Shown here in pieces: positions 1 through 13,075 of a stretch of 64,000 nucleotides of DNA. The translations under genes were made by a program, and so were the position numbers. This DNA is from Mizuhopecten yessoensis (Eukaryota). Numbering within the stretch: position 1 is the stretch's first letter; the number at the start of each line of letters is the position of its first letter. The stretch lies in assembly GCF_002113885.1 (NCBI RefSeq), contig NW_018408827.1:250051-314050 (forward strand), given 5' to 3'. The notes under the pieces are model-generated. The model saw only the letters and a program-made list of their open reading frames with translations. It searched no databases and had not been told where the DNA came from.

Positions 1-459
1 ACCAGGGGTAACGTGAGTCCCCAGGACAAGAAATTCACATTTTTGATAAAGCACCTTAAGACCCTTCCATCTATGAAGAGTATTTGATTCTACCATATCT
101 GGGTCTTGAGAAGAAGATTTTTGAAATTTTAGTCAATTTGACCCTTTTTGACCCGCCCCTCAGGCCCCTGGGGGCTGGAGACCAACCAGGCCACTATTTT
201 TGTTGACCTTTGGCCATGGAAGATTCCTGCAAAATTTCATTGAAAATGGTTTATGGGTTTTGGAGAAGAAGATTTTTGAAATTTTAGTCAATGTGACCCT
301 TTTTGGTCCGCCCCTCAGGCCCCTGGGGGCCGGGGACCAAACCGGCAGCTATTTTTGTTGACCTTTGGCCATGGAAGGTTTCTGCAAAAGTTTCATTGAA
401 ATTGGTTCAGGGGTTTTGGAGAAAAAGTCGAAAATGTAAATTTTTAACGGACGCACGAC
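1..459 (-). mobile_element. Partial copy of HINE/pearl-type non-autonomous element, truncated by the window edge and the N at 460
   Basis: Near-identical to 51170-51640 and 55115-55420. Two ~157-bp internal units (gagaagaagatttttgaaattttagtcaat...) and the start of the acgg/gacg microsatellite. Confidence 0.85.
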
Positions 460-460
460 N

Positions 461-740
461 GCCCAGTACCACATCCCAGCACAATTAATTTTGTCATATA
501 TACTAAATTACATGTTGGGGATAGCATCAGTATATACAGAACAAACACATAAAGGAAGTAATCCAGTACCACATCCCAGCACAATTACCTCTCGCATATA
601 TTCTTAATTACATGTTGGGGATAGCATTAACATAGACAGGACAAACACACAAAGGAAGTAACCCAGTTCCACATCCCAGCACAACTACCTCTCACATATA
701 TACTAAATTACATGTTGGGGATAGCATCAGTATATACAGG
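461..740. repeat. Tandem repeat, ~100-bp unit, ~2.8 copies; a related fragment resumes at 2145-2190
   Basis: cccagtaccacatcccagcacaatta...ttacatgttggggatagcat recurs at ~462, 563 and 662. Bounded by N on both sides. Confidence 0.85.
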
Positions 741-741
741 N

Positions 742-910
742 TGTATAATAATGTAATACATCCTTATATGGTAAACTACAATGTTTCTATATGCTAGTGT
801 AGCATATTCCTATATCCTTGTTTACTTATTTCTAATTTGTAGTTTAATGGTAGTGTTACCTATTCCTATATGGTAGTGTAATTATAGTGTTAAATATGGT
901 TTTGTAATTT
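742..910. repeat. Degenerate ~24-bp minisatellite (cctatatggtagtgtaacat type)
   Basis: The same motif forms arrays at 7515-7645 and 8576-8720. Confidence 0.65.
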
Positions 911-1199
911 ATTTCTTCATAATTTGGCTGTATTGAACTATCAACGTACACCTTCATGTTACATGATGGTCTTTCAATGACGGACTATATGTTTTACATA
1001 ACATTAATACGTAGACTTGCACAAGCTCCAGAACTTGGAACAAATTATCAGACTTGACTTCACAGGTTTCAATTATTAAAAAAAACAACGTTAATTGAAA
1101 TATAAGGTTTGAATATTGCTTTAGTCGATTTCATGGGGTGATGAATTGAGTTAAGTGTTTAAACAAATTCAACATGAACTGCGAAGCAAGTTTCAATCC

Positions 1200-2143
1200 T
1201 TAAGGATGTACTCTTCTAAGGTTTCAATCACGTTCAAGTCTCGTTTTGATCTGGTGTAATGGGTTTTTGTAATATTAAACAAATTATGATCAAGTTTATT
1301 AGCAAACACACATCTGAAAAATATGTCAAAAAAATAGATGCCTGTTGTTTGTAGAACTTTTTTTTACAAGAATTTAAAACAAATACCTATTCGGCGGCCA
1401 TTTTGAAAATGTGTATTAATGTGTATTTCTTGCGCTTCAAAAAAGACCAAAATTTCACCTTTTTTGACGGTAGATTGATCACTTAAATTGTCATTGTGTC
1501 GCCATTTTTAATTGTAGCAGGTTTAATTTTGCTGTACAACTTTATGATGTTCAATATGATAAAATATTATGCAACAAACCGGAAAATTATACATTATTGA
1601 TATTTTTTTACGTATTTAGTGAAACTGAAGCACTTTTGATTTCTTGACCCCGAAAAAGGTAAAAAATTACACAAATGATAATGGGACAAAAAAAGAAGCA
1701 CACTGACCCCCCATTTTTGTAGATGTTTTAGAAAGAGAAACACATTTTCATTTAATTTATTAAATATTAGAAAAAGTTTAATACCAGAACTTTTTATATC
1801 AAGCGTTTAATCAAAAATAGTAAAAAAATGAGTATTTTCTCATCAAAAAATAGGGGGTAGGGGTAACTAAAGTCGGCTTTCTGACTTAAAAAAAAAATAG
1901 AAATTTTACTTCCACAATTTCAAAGAAAATAATATTTTCATCAATTCTACAAACATTCATACATATCTGATAATACACTTTTTTGAATGATTTTGTTCTG
2001 CAAATGGTCAAAACCCAAAAAATCACCTAAAATCACATGTTGTGTTAAATTGGTATCTTTGACCGATCATAGCACAAAAACGAACACACGGAACATATAA
2101 TTTTTTTTGCATTTTCTACTATGCCATTAACTCCTTTTTCCAA
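1200..2143 (+). mobile_element. Left part of a TTAA-flanked non-autonomous DNA element (Kolobok-like), truncated at N
   Basis: Begins TTAA|GGATGTAC; the reverse-complement terminus GTACATCC|TTAA occurs at 8564-8575. Non-coding, A/T-run-rich interior. The family call rests on the TTAA target and RR terminus only. Confidence 0.5.
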
Positions 2144-3411
2144 NACATAAACATAGACAGGACAAACAGGCAGTGAAAGTAACCCATAATCATCTCAAAT
2201 GACAAAACCCTCCCCTAGATATACTAGAATTCTTGTTGAGGATACTTGTAACAGCAGTAAAAAAAGCATACCAACATGTTGACAAGCTGTTTCAAGTATA
2301 TCCTCCCATAACATTGTGGTGTGCATGTTATTGTGGTTCAGTGGATTTGTGTTGAAGACAACATGAGCAATGCAATCAGTAACCTTCATTTCAATATTTT
2401 GTAATCTTCTTGTGTGACTTTCTTTCATTTTTATCCATTTTAATGATTATATTTGTATTGGTCATTTTAATCATTGTGCGAAAGAAATAGCATCGTATCA
2501 TATAATTTGAATCTATTACATGCAAGAAAAACAAATTATTGCTGAGAAGTCTAAATCAAAACCGAGATACACATTCAAATATTAAAAATATCCGGGTTTC
2601 TTTTTATCAAATTTTAAACGATAATTTCTGTTTAATGTTTAATTTTAACATTACAACGTTAGACTAACTGTGAATAGTACAAACGTATTGTTAGTAACGA
2701 TAGACTATTGTAACTTGCACTATTTCTAATCCCTTAAAAGTCATATGCGTGTAAGAACTCTTGCATAATTATCACTAGAGAAAAAGGAAACACCTGTTTG
2801 GACACAGAAAGTAAAAGAAAGTAAAGAATTTACCGCACCATAATATGACCACCTCGTCCATCAGAATTCCTCAATCATGTACAATATAGCGAAAAGAAAA
2901 GGTACCAATAAAATCAAACCCATTTTAGCGTTTTAAATCTAAACATTCGACAACCAAACCTATATAAACTTAGACTAGAATTTCATGTAAACACTGTTAG
3001 AATAACTTCGAGCTACCAATTCAAGGCCACGGCCAACCTCGAGGACGATAGTCGATCATCTTGTTGCCTGCAATAATCACTCGAAATACGAAGAATGGGT
3101 CAGATGACATTTTTTAATGAAACATTTCTGTTAAGTGAGGAGACTTTTATCCATGAAGCACTGCTTCCTTTTTTTGTAGTGATAAATAATTGACTTTGAA
3201 TATATTTTGTACTTAAATGTTTTGTCTGTTGTAACATTTATCTTACCCAATAAACAGTAGTTGCGGATTGTCAACTTTTCGCTTTTATATTTTATTTGCA
3301 ATGACTACGTGCCACATACCAAATGTATTTTATTAAACAACAAAAAACATGAAAAACATTTTTTCTGCCATAAAATAAATTTATTCCGAATGAATATACA
3401 AACAAATTGAC

Positions 3412-5768
3412 CTATCCAACAACCATGTTACTATTGGCTGTTTTTCTGACCAAAGTGGGAAGATAATGGTTCCAAAATCGAATCCTCTCTGGGTTAACAT
3501 TATATGCTGGTGCTATGTTGATGTTCAAGTTTTGATATAACCTTCCAACTGAGTCATACCTAGGCCAGTAGGGCACTCCTGGACCGTTCGGCGAGCTGGA
3601 CAAATAAAGGGAGAAGAAAGCAAATACATGCATAGTTATAAGGAAATACAGAAAAAGATCCATCTTGAAGAAGAGCACGTGTAGATGAGAATAAAATATA
3701 AGATAGAAAAATCCTATGCAACCTTTCAAATTCTTCCAGTGCTCCGGATTAAAATTATCTCCCTTCTAAAATTCTAAAATAATTCTTTTTATATCTAATT
3801 ATTCCGAACTCACGGATAATAATCAATTTTTGAATCTTAAATTTGTTACCATATTTCAAATAATTCATTTTGACTGGAAACCATTTGAGAAGTAAATTAG
3901 CATTATTAATTGACTTAATAATAAATTATGATGATAAAATGTCTCGTTGAACAATTTTAATCAAGAATAAGTACATATTTTAACATGGAAAATTATGACT
4001 AATTCAAAAAAGTACTCAAAATTAATTTCTGTAGACACATCAGTTGAATAATTGTTCTAGATTTGCTTACTTTTTCGCATTATTTCGCTCATTTATCCAA
4101 TACAAAAATATGACTCGTGAATAAATTTGGAACCTCTTTTATGTTTCAAATCAAAAAGGTAAGTAGTTCTTAAATTATTCTGTGAAACAAAAACAAACAA
4201 AAATAGACAAACAAGAATACCCACCCTCTCTTTGCAAAATTCGTCCAATATTTGATCATATTAACCGTCAGCATTGCATCAGCCTGAGAATCGGGTTTCG
4301 ATACTGGCCATGGAAGTCTTGGTCCAAAAATATATGGAATCTCGGCGGCATGCCAAGCCCCTTTGAACCAACTTGGCTCCGGGAATGATGTATCGGGATA
4401 TTCTCTGGTAAACATATACTGGTAGGTGTTTCTTCCCATAGTCAGTCCAGGGAGTGAGTGACAGTCTAAAGCTTTGACAGCTGGAGCAACCATAAAGACA
4501 TCCGTGTACATTTCAACGATACTTCTACTCTGCTCAATTTCATCAGTTCTGCTGTATTGCTTACATATAGCGTCGGAAACGTCACTATTCCTGTTATAGA
4601 AATCCTTTGCGATCTCTCGTGCGTATGCATTACAAAGCACTGCCGTCGGAACGGCGCGAGAATAATTAAAATGATATTGTTTTTCGAGGGAAATCATAAA
4701 TTCGTCGTATATAAGGGATCCTTCAGAATCCGTATTGCCAATTATGACATCGAGAGAACGAAAGAAACTGGATTCAATCGACGAGGAATTAGCTATCATA
4801 GCACTGGGATGTTGCTTGATCAGTTCTCCATCGACTACAGGGGCAGTTGGACTGTTAAGTATATAGTTTCCGTACTTAAAAACGTCAGTGTTAATTTGAG
4901 CTTGCATAATTTCTTTTGCATTTTTCCGTCTGAAGCATTCAATTAACTTTTCAGTATCAAACGTTATGTCGTTTTCATTAAGACAATTGAGATAGATACC
5001 GTACCCTCTGGCATATTTTGGGGACTCTACACTTAATGCAAAAGGCACATTTCCTGTACCACTCTCAGCGATGACCCGTTGGAATAGACCTTGATTTTCT
5101 GCAATAAGAGCATGTATTCCGACACTAAACCCTCCGGCAGATTCACCAAAAATTGTTATATAGCTTGGGTCACCACCAAATGCCCTTATGTTGTTCTTTA
5201 CCCACTGCATTGCTAGTCTTTGATCCCACAGCCCGTAGTTACCACGCGAGGCGTTATCCATTGTACTGAGGAATCCTAATATTCCTAATCGGTAGTTTAC
5301 GGTCACCACCACGACATCCCCTACAGTAACAAGGTTAGAGGCATCATAGCCAAACGACTGGCCTAAGGTATACCCTCCACCGTGGATCCAGATCATAACA
5401 CTTTTAGTGTTGTTTAGAGAGGCGTTGCTTGGTGTATAAACGTTTAAATGCAGACAGTCCTCGGACATTTCTGAATTCGGTAAAGAAGGAAAGATATATT
5501 CCGTCCGCTGATAGCAGGACGGTCCAAAAGAAGAACCATCTAAAACATTTGTCCATCTGCCGAATGGAACCGGTTTACGCAGTCTCAGATCTCCGACAGG
5601 AGGTTTAGCATAGGGGATTTTACGGTACTGGTACATCATCTTGCCCCGATTCTGTACACCAATCCCACGAATAGGTCCCGACGCTGAATCAATTGTTCGG
5701 TAACTCTGACTGTTGACCGCAGAGAAACAGGATGCAACAAACAGCAGAACTATAGGGTACCAAACCAT
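3412..5768 (-). CDS. Type-B carboxylesterase CE1 (secreted-type, ~575 aa); coding exons 5768-4225 and 3595-3412
   Basis: Signal peptide MVWYPIVLLFVASCFSAVNS follows acceptor ttatttcag. Motifs IPYAKPP, SEDCL, WIHGGG, NYRLG, FGESAG, NTDSEG, GAWHAAE. Donor AGA GG|gtgggt and acceptor tccag|C give in-frame G-SPNGPGVPYWPRY...NMVVG*. Total 1728 nt, divisible by 3. Confidence 0.93.
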
Positions 5769-7217
5769 ACTGCCAACTGAAATAACAATCCATTGTGACT
5801 TTGATATTTGATTTGCAAATTGCTTATCGAATTGTGTCTCTGTTTTCTTAGTTATGTATCTCGGGTTAAAGCTATCACGCAATATGAACGGAACACATAC
5901 ACAGGCTACTACGCCTTAAACATTTGTAATAAATACAGTAAGCCAAAACTGAATTACGCTGCAAAGTAACGGTCACGTAGGCGCTCATAAATACCAACAT
6001 TCACGACTTATGACTTTAAACTGACAACGAAATCGATAAAGTGCATTTATGCGGTTAGATAATTTGTTCAAATTTTATTCATGAAAAAACCCTGATTGAG
6101 CTGCATTTGTGATTTGAAATACAGTTCCATACTGATATGTACATCTATTTGGTGTTTTGTTTGAAGTAAAAAGAATACTTAGTCCAAATCAGTATTAGAT
6201 TAATAATATGCTTTGTGTACGAGACAATATAAATACCTCTATTGAGGAGAATAACAACAAATGTAATGTAAAATCTAAACATGTGAATAGTGTAAGGTTA
6301 TATAACGATAAAACAGAAATAACATTTCTCACAAAATATTAGAAATAATTGACGTCAAATACGATCCATAAAATAAGCTTGTATTTCTTATAAAAAATCG
6401 TATGAAAACAGTTTTTTGTAAATATGTGCCTTGCAATCAATGATATTAACCACTTTTTAAGGGGATTTGAAAACGTGTTATTTATCATCATCATTAATGG
6501 TGCAACTGTTTCATTGAACTGTGTATTCACAAACAATTCAAGCAATTAGTTGTTGTACTTCATGCTTATATATCATTTTAAATAAAATTGAATTTGGTAG
6601 ATATATGTATTTTTAAAAAAAACAAATTTCATCTTCCTTCAGATTATTTATTGAACAAGTCGGGTTTGATATAAACCAGAAAAGATAATTGAAATTTATT
6701 ATTTGTAAAGAAAACAAATAATTTAACTGAAAAATGAATACAAGTTACTAGCTGAAATTTATTAGGCGTGTAGGCCCACCTAAGGGCACAAAGTCGGAGA
6801 ATGGTTTATGATGATACGTTATATATTCTGGCGAGGTTACAAAACTAACTGATTGGTTTCGAAAGCAAAAGTGTTCTTTCAAATATATGTGTGGATATAG
6901 ATAACTTCCCTACGACATATCGTGTTATTTCTGTTGATTTATTTTACAGGTTGTCTGATTCTTCTTTAACTTTCTGAATTTATACAATTTTCTAGATGAA
7001 TGCATCCTCGAAATTCCAGGGGTAAAGTTCTCTAACGTTCCCTGCGCCCGTGGATTATTTCATGACGAAATCAATACAGATGTCACTAATAGAGCCTTCA
7101 CTTCAAGTTAATATTGTTGACGTTGTAATATGTTTTTATTTTATCAATAAACGTTTTATAGATAAGAAATAAGCATTACTTTCCAAAGTATTGAGATGAA
7201 ATACAAACAACACCTAC

Positions 7218-7332
7218 CTTGATCGACGCCTGTTGTTAACTAGGTACCTGACCGATGGATGAGTAATCTTAATAAACAGATAAGGCATGACCATTAAAGC
7301 CGTTTGGAATATTTGACCTCATCTATATATAT
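7218..7332 (-). promoter_or_regulatory. Candidate TATA and non-coding first exon of CE1
   Basis: TATATATA at ~7324-7331 and minus-strand donor AAG|gtaggt at 7218. The CE1 coding exon starts with an acceptor 8 nt before the ATG, so an upstream exon is expected. Confidence 0.3.
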
Positions 7333-7514
7333 CTTATCATTATATGTATTGTGACATAATCATTTTAAACTACAGATAAACACGCAGAATGACCCATTTT
7401 TTAACATGCTCCCTATAAGGTAGTGTCAAATAATCCCAAACTGATACTGTAAAATAGTTTTAATAAGGAAATGTGAAAAAGACTCGTAGATTTAGATATT
7501 CTAGAAGTCCAAAT

Positions 7515-7645
7515 ATGGTAATGTACCAGTCTTATATGGTAGTGTACCAGTCTTTCTATATGGTAGTGTAACATATTCCTTTATGAAAGTGTAACATTAT
7601 CCTATATGGTAGTGTAATGCGATCCTTTATGGTAGTGTTATTATA
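7515..7645. repeat. Minisatellite (tatatggtagtgtaac-type), left segment
   Basis: At least 5 copies of atggtagtgta at ~20-25 bp spacing. Confidence 0.75.
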
Positions 7646-8068
7646 TGGGTGTGAGGGAAATATCACTTTTATTGTCCCCAAAGACATTGACTATTTCCCG
7701 AGGCGAAGCCAAGGGAAATAGTAAATGTCAAGGGGGACAATAAAAGTGCCTTTTCCCGAAATACCCATAAAATAACTGTGTTATAATACCAACAAGAAAA
7801 ATCCATTTCTTTTGTAAAGATGCATATAATAAAGCAAAATTTGTCTCAATGAAACTAAGTACGTCTGCTTCGTCTGGGTCTCGGAAACGCTTACGGAATT
7901 TATCGCAGTGTATGTGATGGAAGTAGAGATGTTCCGAAGGAACACGACAAATGCAATGTCCAATCAGAATGAACGAAGCTAAAAATCCTGCCAAAATTTG
8001 AATGCATGTTAAAAAGCTCATTCCGGGTAAATAGCTCTAATGACCATTACCTGGTAAATAGTTTCCTG
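7646..8068. mobile_element. Hairpin-bearing non-autonomous repeat (Crypton-like by resemblance)
   Basis: ~36-bp imperfect inverted repeat 7664-7699 / 7713-7748 around the loop gaggcgaagccaa. It interrupts a minisatellite array. The family is not verified. Confidence 0.5.
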
Positions 8069-8523
8069 AACAAGAGGCCTGTGGGCCTTAACGGTCACCT
8101 GATGTATTTATACAGAGAGTTGATTTTGTTTTTAACATGAACAAAAATAGTATTCAAAGTGACAAAAAAAAAACAATAAAACCATCTTATTCAATATCTA
8201 GCATACAGATTTAAGACTAAAAAGTATTTGAAACTAGCACCTCTGATTCTAAACAAGGAAAATGAAGATATTTTAGCACAGAGACACCTTTGGGCCCTAC
8301 CCTACAGCCCTTGGGGCTAGGGCTGGCTCAAACTTTTCAAAGTATCAAACTGTCAACTCAGGGTTATAATTCAAATCAAGTTATTAACAAGTAATATTCA
8401 AAGTATCATTTTCCATTATAAACCATAATAATTTTTGCCCCCCCCCCCCCTCCTTCCCTAGGGGGTAAACTTGAGACTCATAAACCTTAAGACCCTTCCA
8501 TCTATGAAGAGTGTTTGATTCTA
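8069..8523 (-). mobile_element. Partial HINE/pearl-type element (terminal palindrome end), truncated at N
   Basis: aacaagaggcctgtgggccttaacggtcacctga and the following ~360 bp match 50347-50710 and 54677-55045. Confidence 0.85.
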
Positions 8524-8575
8524 NCAAAAGTTTAATACAGGAAATGTTTGACTTCTCATAGGTGTACATCCTTAA

Positions 8576-8720
8576 GTGTAACATATTTCTATATGGTAAT
8601 GCAACCTATTTCTATATAGTAGTTAAGATATTTCTATAAAGTAGTGTAACCTATTTCTATAAAGAAGTGTAACCTATTTCTATATGGCAGTGCAACATAA
8701 TTCTATGTATAACATTATCC
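8576..8720. repeat. Minisatellite (24-bp unit, gtagtgtaacctatttctata-type), right segment
   Basis: About 6 tandem copies are visible. Confidence 0.8.
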
Positions 8721-10107
8721 TTTGATTCGTTCTTTTGATCACAATACAAAATGCTAACTGGTGAACATTGAAACAATAAGATTTTGTTATCAGGCTATTC
8801 GTTAATTTTTTGTTTTGTTGTTCTGTGCAAATGGAGGTATAACCGAAACAAGGCAGTCATTCTGAAAACCTTTCGACTTTCGATACGTCATCTATATGGC
8901 CCTAAAGGTAATGAATTGGAATCGACAGTATGTATGACGATTTTGCAATATTGAGCGATTTCAATAGAATTCTGTTATTTACCATATGACCACCCTATTA
9001 ATGCATTACGTAATAACATCACATAGTTGTTCCTTATGTTACGTGTTCTAAGCACTTGGATTGGAATGTTTTGCTGTAAATGATCAGTGGCACTTTTGGC
9101 CAACAAGGTAAAGTGTAGTCCTCCTCTTATGTATAAATTATGGTCCTCGTCGTCAAGCGATCATTTCATGAAGAGTTTATTAAAATCCATCTTATAGTCC
9201 GCCCCCAAACCCAATGGTTTGTCAGCATCTTTTGAGTGTCAATTCTTTATATCAGCACCTAAGACTGATTCGATCAAAGTTCGGGCTAGAATTATCAGAA
9301 GCTTACTACCTTTTGTACCATCCCACATCCACAGCATTCCCTTTTTTGCGCATTTTGAGCACTTTGCCCTACCACTTGTTGTACTTTGAAGTTTTAATCA
9401 TTACATTCAGAGGAGAAGTTGATTGACGTCTATATTCTATGATTTCTTTAATCACCCATTGATAATTATCATAAAAGTTCTGTGATGGTTGATTAAGGTA
9501 TGTAACATACATAATGTATGTGGCAGACTTTCAATTCAGTTATGATTAACGTTTCGAATTATTCCAAAGTCAAACTGTGGAAGGCAGCAGCACCATAATA
9601 GTAACATGTAGATATACCCGAAGTTTTCATTATATCCGACCCAAAATATATACACGGTAGCAAATATTGATTTATTAAAATGATCCTTTTATAATTAATT
9701 CACACCAATATTTTGCTAACGAAACAGGAAGGTCTTTCAAATATCTAAATCAAAAGAATCCGTACCTTCCGTTTAATAGGAATTTTACAGTTCCTATAAA
9801 AAAAAAACATGCATTGGATTAATTGAATAATTAGTTAATTGGAATATATATGAATTAATCATGACCCAAGTTATCTTCCTTTCAGCAAATTAGCGTTTAT
9901 ACTTGACGGGGCATTGAATATTACTATTTTATATACATAATAAAGATGTTAAAGATGAGGTTTAAGCTATAACAAATGTATTGCCAATGACTAAATGTAA
10001 CAAGTTAGTTATACAAATCTGAGTAATCACAGAAAAGTTGGTAAACACAAACTTTATTTCCAAAATGCAAACATCACAAAATCATTACAATAACTCGTAC
10101 AACGTGA

Positions 10108-13075
10108 TTATCCTACAACGACATTTGGAGTATTCTTCACCAGTGATGGAAGGTACTGGTTCCAGAACTGAACCCTATCCAGCGTCACGTGATATTCTGG
10201 TGAAATGTTGCTGTCCAGGCGTTGATAGAGCCCGCCTATTGGGTCGTATCTAGGCCAATAGGGAAGACCGGGACCATTCGGGGAACTGTTGGATGAAATG
10301 ATTGAATCGTTATTTCAAATAAAATCAAATGTAAGTTTTAATTTGGATTTCAAACATTTACAGACGGATTATAGAAAAATCATATTTTCTATTCAAGATT
10401 GACCCAGGAATATTAGCTCAGAATATACATAATACTTTGCCTACTAATCGATTGCAAAATTGCTGATTAATGAAATGTTTCGTGGACCAAACTGAGACAG
10501 AAAGTAATTACGGATTGTCAAGTTGCTCAGAAATAGATCTTGATCATACCTAGACTGTGTTTAAACAAGCACGTGTAAATCTGAACCAAGTTAATAAGAA
10601 AAAGGAAAATACAGCAAAGCTGCAAGGGTACAAAATCTTTCATGAAAATCGCTTAGTGAGAGATGTCAGATAAGTGTCCAAACCTAGAACGGAACGGATC
10701 CCGTATACTTTCATTTATTCTTCATCACATGTTGACTGTTGCCACTGAATAAGTGTCCCAATGTACCAATAATGTAACTTTTTCATTGAACGTTTAAGTA
10801 TCCGCAATTTGGTAATCATCTTAAAACTGCAAAATGTACATTGTATGCATTGAATGGAAAGTACAGTTCTGATTGAACAATTCTAAAAGTGATATTTTCA
10901 CGGGGTTTTCCATGGTTAATTATATATACTGCACTGGTAAAAAATATTGATAGGGGTTTATTTTTTTATTTTTGTACATAGTATGCGGCCTCAATTTACA
11001 ATAAGGTTTTCATGCATGGGGAAGAACCAGAAGTGGAGAAACAGTTAACAGATAAAACCCTTTCAGTATTTCGGGCCGCTTACGACTTGAAATAACCAAG
11101 ATATTTAAACAGGCAAATATTTTGGTAGTTTTATCGAACTATGCATCGTCATCATACAGTGATATTTGCATTTTTCTATGGTTGAATTTTTTGTGGTTTT
11201 CGTCTTATTAAGAATTATGGTCATTTAAGTACGTGCCAGGTTTTGATGGTGAGGGAAATCCTGAGTACCGGGAGAAAAATCACCGACCTGCGGTAATAGT
11301 TGGAGATTGCTCTAAGTAGGCCTTTAACCCGCGATCCAGTCGCAGAGCGCTAGTGAACTCGGCCACCGCAACCCCCTTCTATGTTTTATCATTTTCTTGA
11401 TTGTTATTTGATGTTCAAAGTAATATCGTGTTTTAGATTCCCACTGGAATTCCTCATTGAACTGCTGCAAGAAAAACAAGGTTATGTGAAAGTTATATTA
11501 ACAATATGATACGTTAAAGTGGAAAGGGAAATAATGAACCAACACATACCCGTTCTTAGCAAAGTTGGTCCAATACGTCGTCATGATCAAAGAGAGTAAC
11601 CGATCCACATTGTTTGTAGCACCGTCAAACTTGAACAGATACCTCAGTTCTAAGCCATGTCCCGCCCCAACAAACCATGACGGTCGGTTGTCCATTGTCT
11701 TTGTTACTTTGGTAAACATGAACTGATAAGTATTTCTGCCCATGGTCAGACCGGGGGATGAATGACAGTTGAGCGTGCTGACAGTAGGGGCTACCATAAC
11801 TCCATCAGTGTACATGTTGATGACGTTTCTGCTCTGCTCAACGATATTATTGCTTCTGTACCTTTGACAAATGGCAACAGCAACAGCCTTGTTTCCATTG
11901 AAAAAGTCTTTTGAAAATACCGGCGAAAGCACATCACAGAGAATGCGAGTTGGTATAAAAAGTGAAGCATTGAAATTATATTCAGCTTCTAAGGACTCTA
12001 TGCCGAGGTCGATCAGAAGCGAACCTTCAGCATCTGTATTGCCAAACATGGCATCCAAAGACCGGAAAAAATTTGAACCCGCCGAAGAGATATTGGCCAT
12101 CACATCTTCAGGAAAAGACTTTATAAGATCCCCATCAACTACAGGGGCGTCTTTGAGTGGAATGTTATACTTTGTGTATTTTTTAACATCTAGATTCATT
12201 TGGGCTCGTAGAATTTCTGAAGCAGGTTTTTCTCTCAAACACTGAACAAGTCCAGCAGAATCGACGCTGATATCATTCGCATGGATACAGGTTAGAAATA
12301 TACCATACCCTCTAGAAATGTTCTTCGCCTCTAAACTCAATGCTAAAACAGAATTAGCGGGCCCACTTTCTCCAATTACACGTTGGAACAGGCCTTGATT
12401 TTGTGGGTTAAGCGCATGTAACGCCACACTCATAGAGCCAGCTGATTCCCCAAAAAGTGTTACCGAGTCTGAATCACCACCGAAGGCTGCGATGTTTTGT
12501 TTTACCCATTGAATTGCAAGCAGCTGATCCCATAAGCCGTAATTTCCAAGAGAAGAATCGTCCATTGTACTGAGAAAACCTAGCAGTCCTAATCGGTAAT
12601 TCACCGTGACGACAATAACATCCCCGATATTAGCGAGAGGGGAGGCGTCATATAAGGTCGCCTGTCCTGCAACGTAGCCTCCTCCGTGTATCCAAATCAT
12701 CACACTCTTCTTGTTTGTTGGGGAAGCATTGGAAGGTGTGTACACATTCAGCTGGAGGCAGTCTTCAGACATTTCTCTGTTTTGAAGTGTAGCAGAAACA
12801 TACTTTCGATCTTGTATGCAAGATGGACCAAATGAAGTTGCATCAAGGACATTTGTCCAGCCACCAAATGGAACCGGTTTCCGCAGTCTCAAATCTCCGA
12901 CCGGGGGTTTAGCATAAGGAATATTTCGGTACTGATATACTAATTGGTCTCTGTTTTGTACGCTTATCCCCTTAACCGGTCCAGATGGTGTTCGTATTGT
13001 CTTGTAACTCGCACAATTTGCTACACTCGCACATACTGCCATTAGCACCAGCACAACTGGCGCACATACCGTCAT
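10108..13075 (-). CDS. Type-B carboxylesterase CE2 (secreted-type, ~567 aa); coding exons 13075-11550 and 10285-10108
   Basis: Signal peptide MTVCAPVVLVLMAVCASVANC. Triad FGESAG, NTDAEG, GAGHGLE. Donor AAC GG|gtatgt. Terminal exon (not in ORF track) after aacag reads SPNGPGLPYWPRYDPIGGLYQRLDSNISPEYHVTLDRVQFWNQYLPSLVKNTPNVVVG*. AATAAA on the minus strand at 10058-10053. Confidence 0.93.
11175..11378 (-). mobile_element. Degenerate tRNA-derived SINE in the CE2 intron
   Basis: The minus strand starts ggggttgcggtggccgagtt (A-box-like), then cgcgggttaaaggcc (decayed B-box) and a gcaggtcggtgatttttctcccggtactcagga core. A related decayed core lies at 27090-27215. Confidence 0.6.

Noticed and set aside
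2195-2428. 77-aa ORF
   Set aside because: No recognisable motif or clear splice context; adjacent to a repeat and an assembly join.
4182-4946. Antisense or alternate-frame ORFs over the CE exons (also 11871-12245, 17662-17868, 18231-18468, 23724-23996, 24253-24664, 38585-39429)
   Set aside because: Shadows of real coding exons with no independent motifs.
4170-5882. ORF-track termini of CE genes (N-terminal extensions, and hydrophobic ends such as WVFLFVYFCLFLF or YVLVHYFPFHF)
   Set aside because: These are intron read-through translations beyond consensus splice sites. The spliced terminal exons restore the conserved PN...WPxY...R..FW segment.
11330-11378. tRNA gene
   Set aside because: Only decayed A/B-box-like motifs fused to a SINE body; no cloverleaf.
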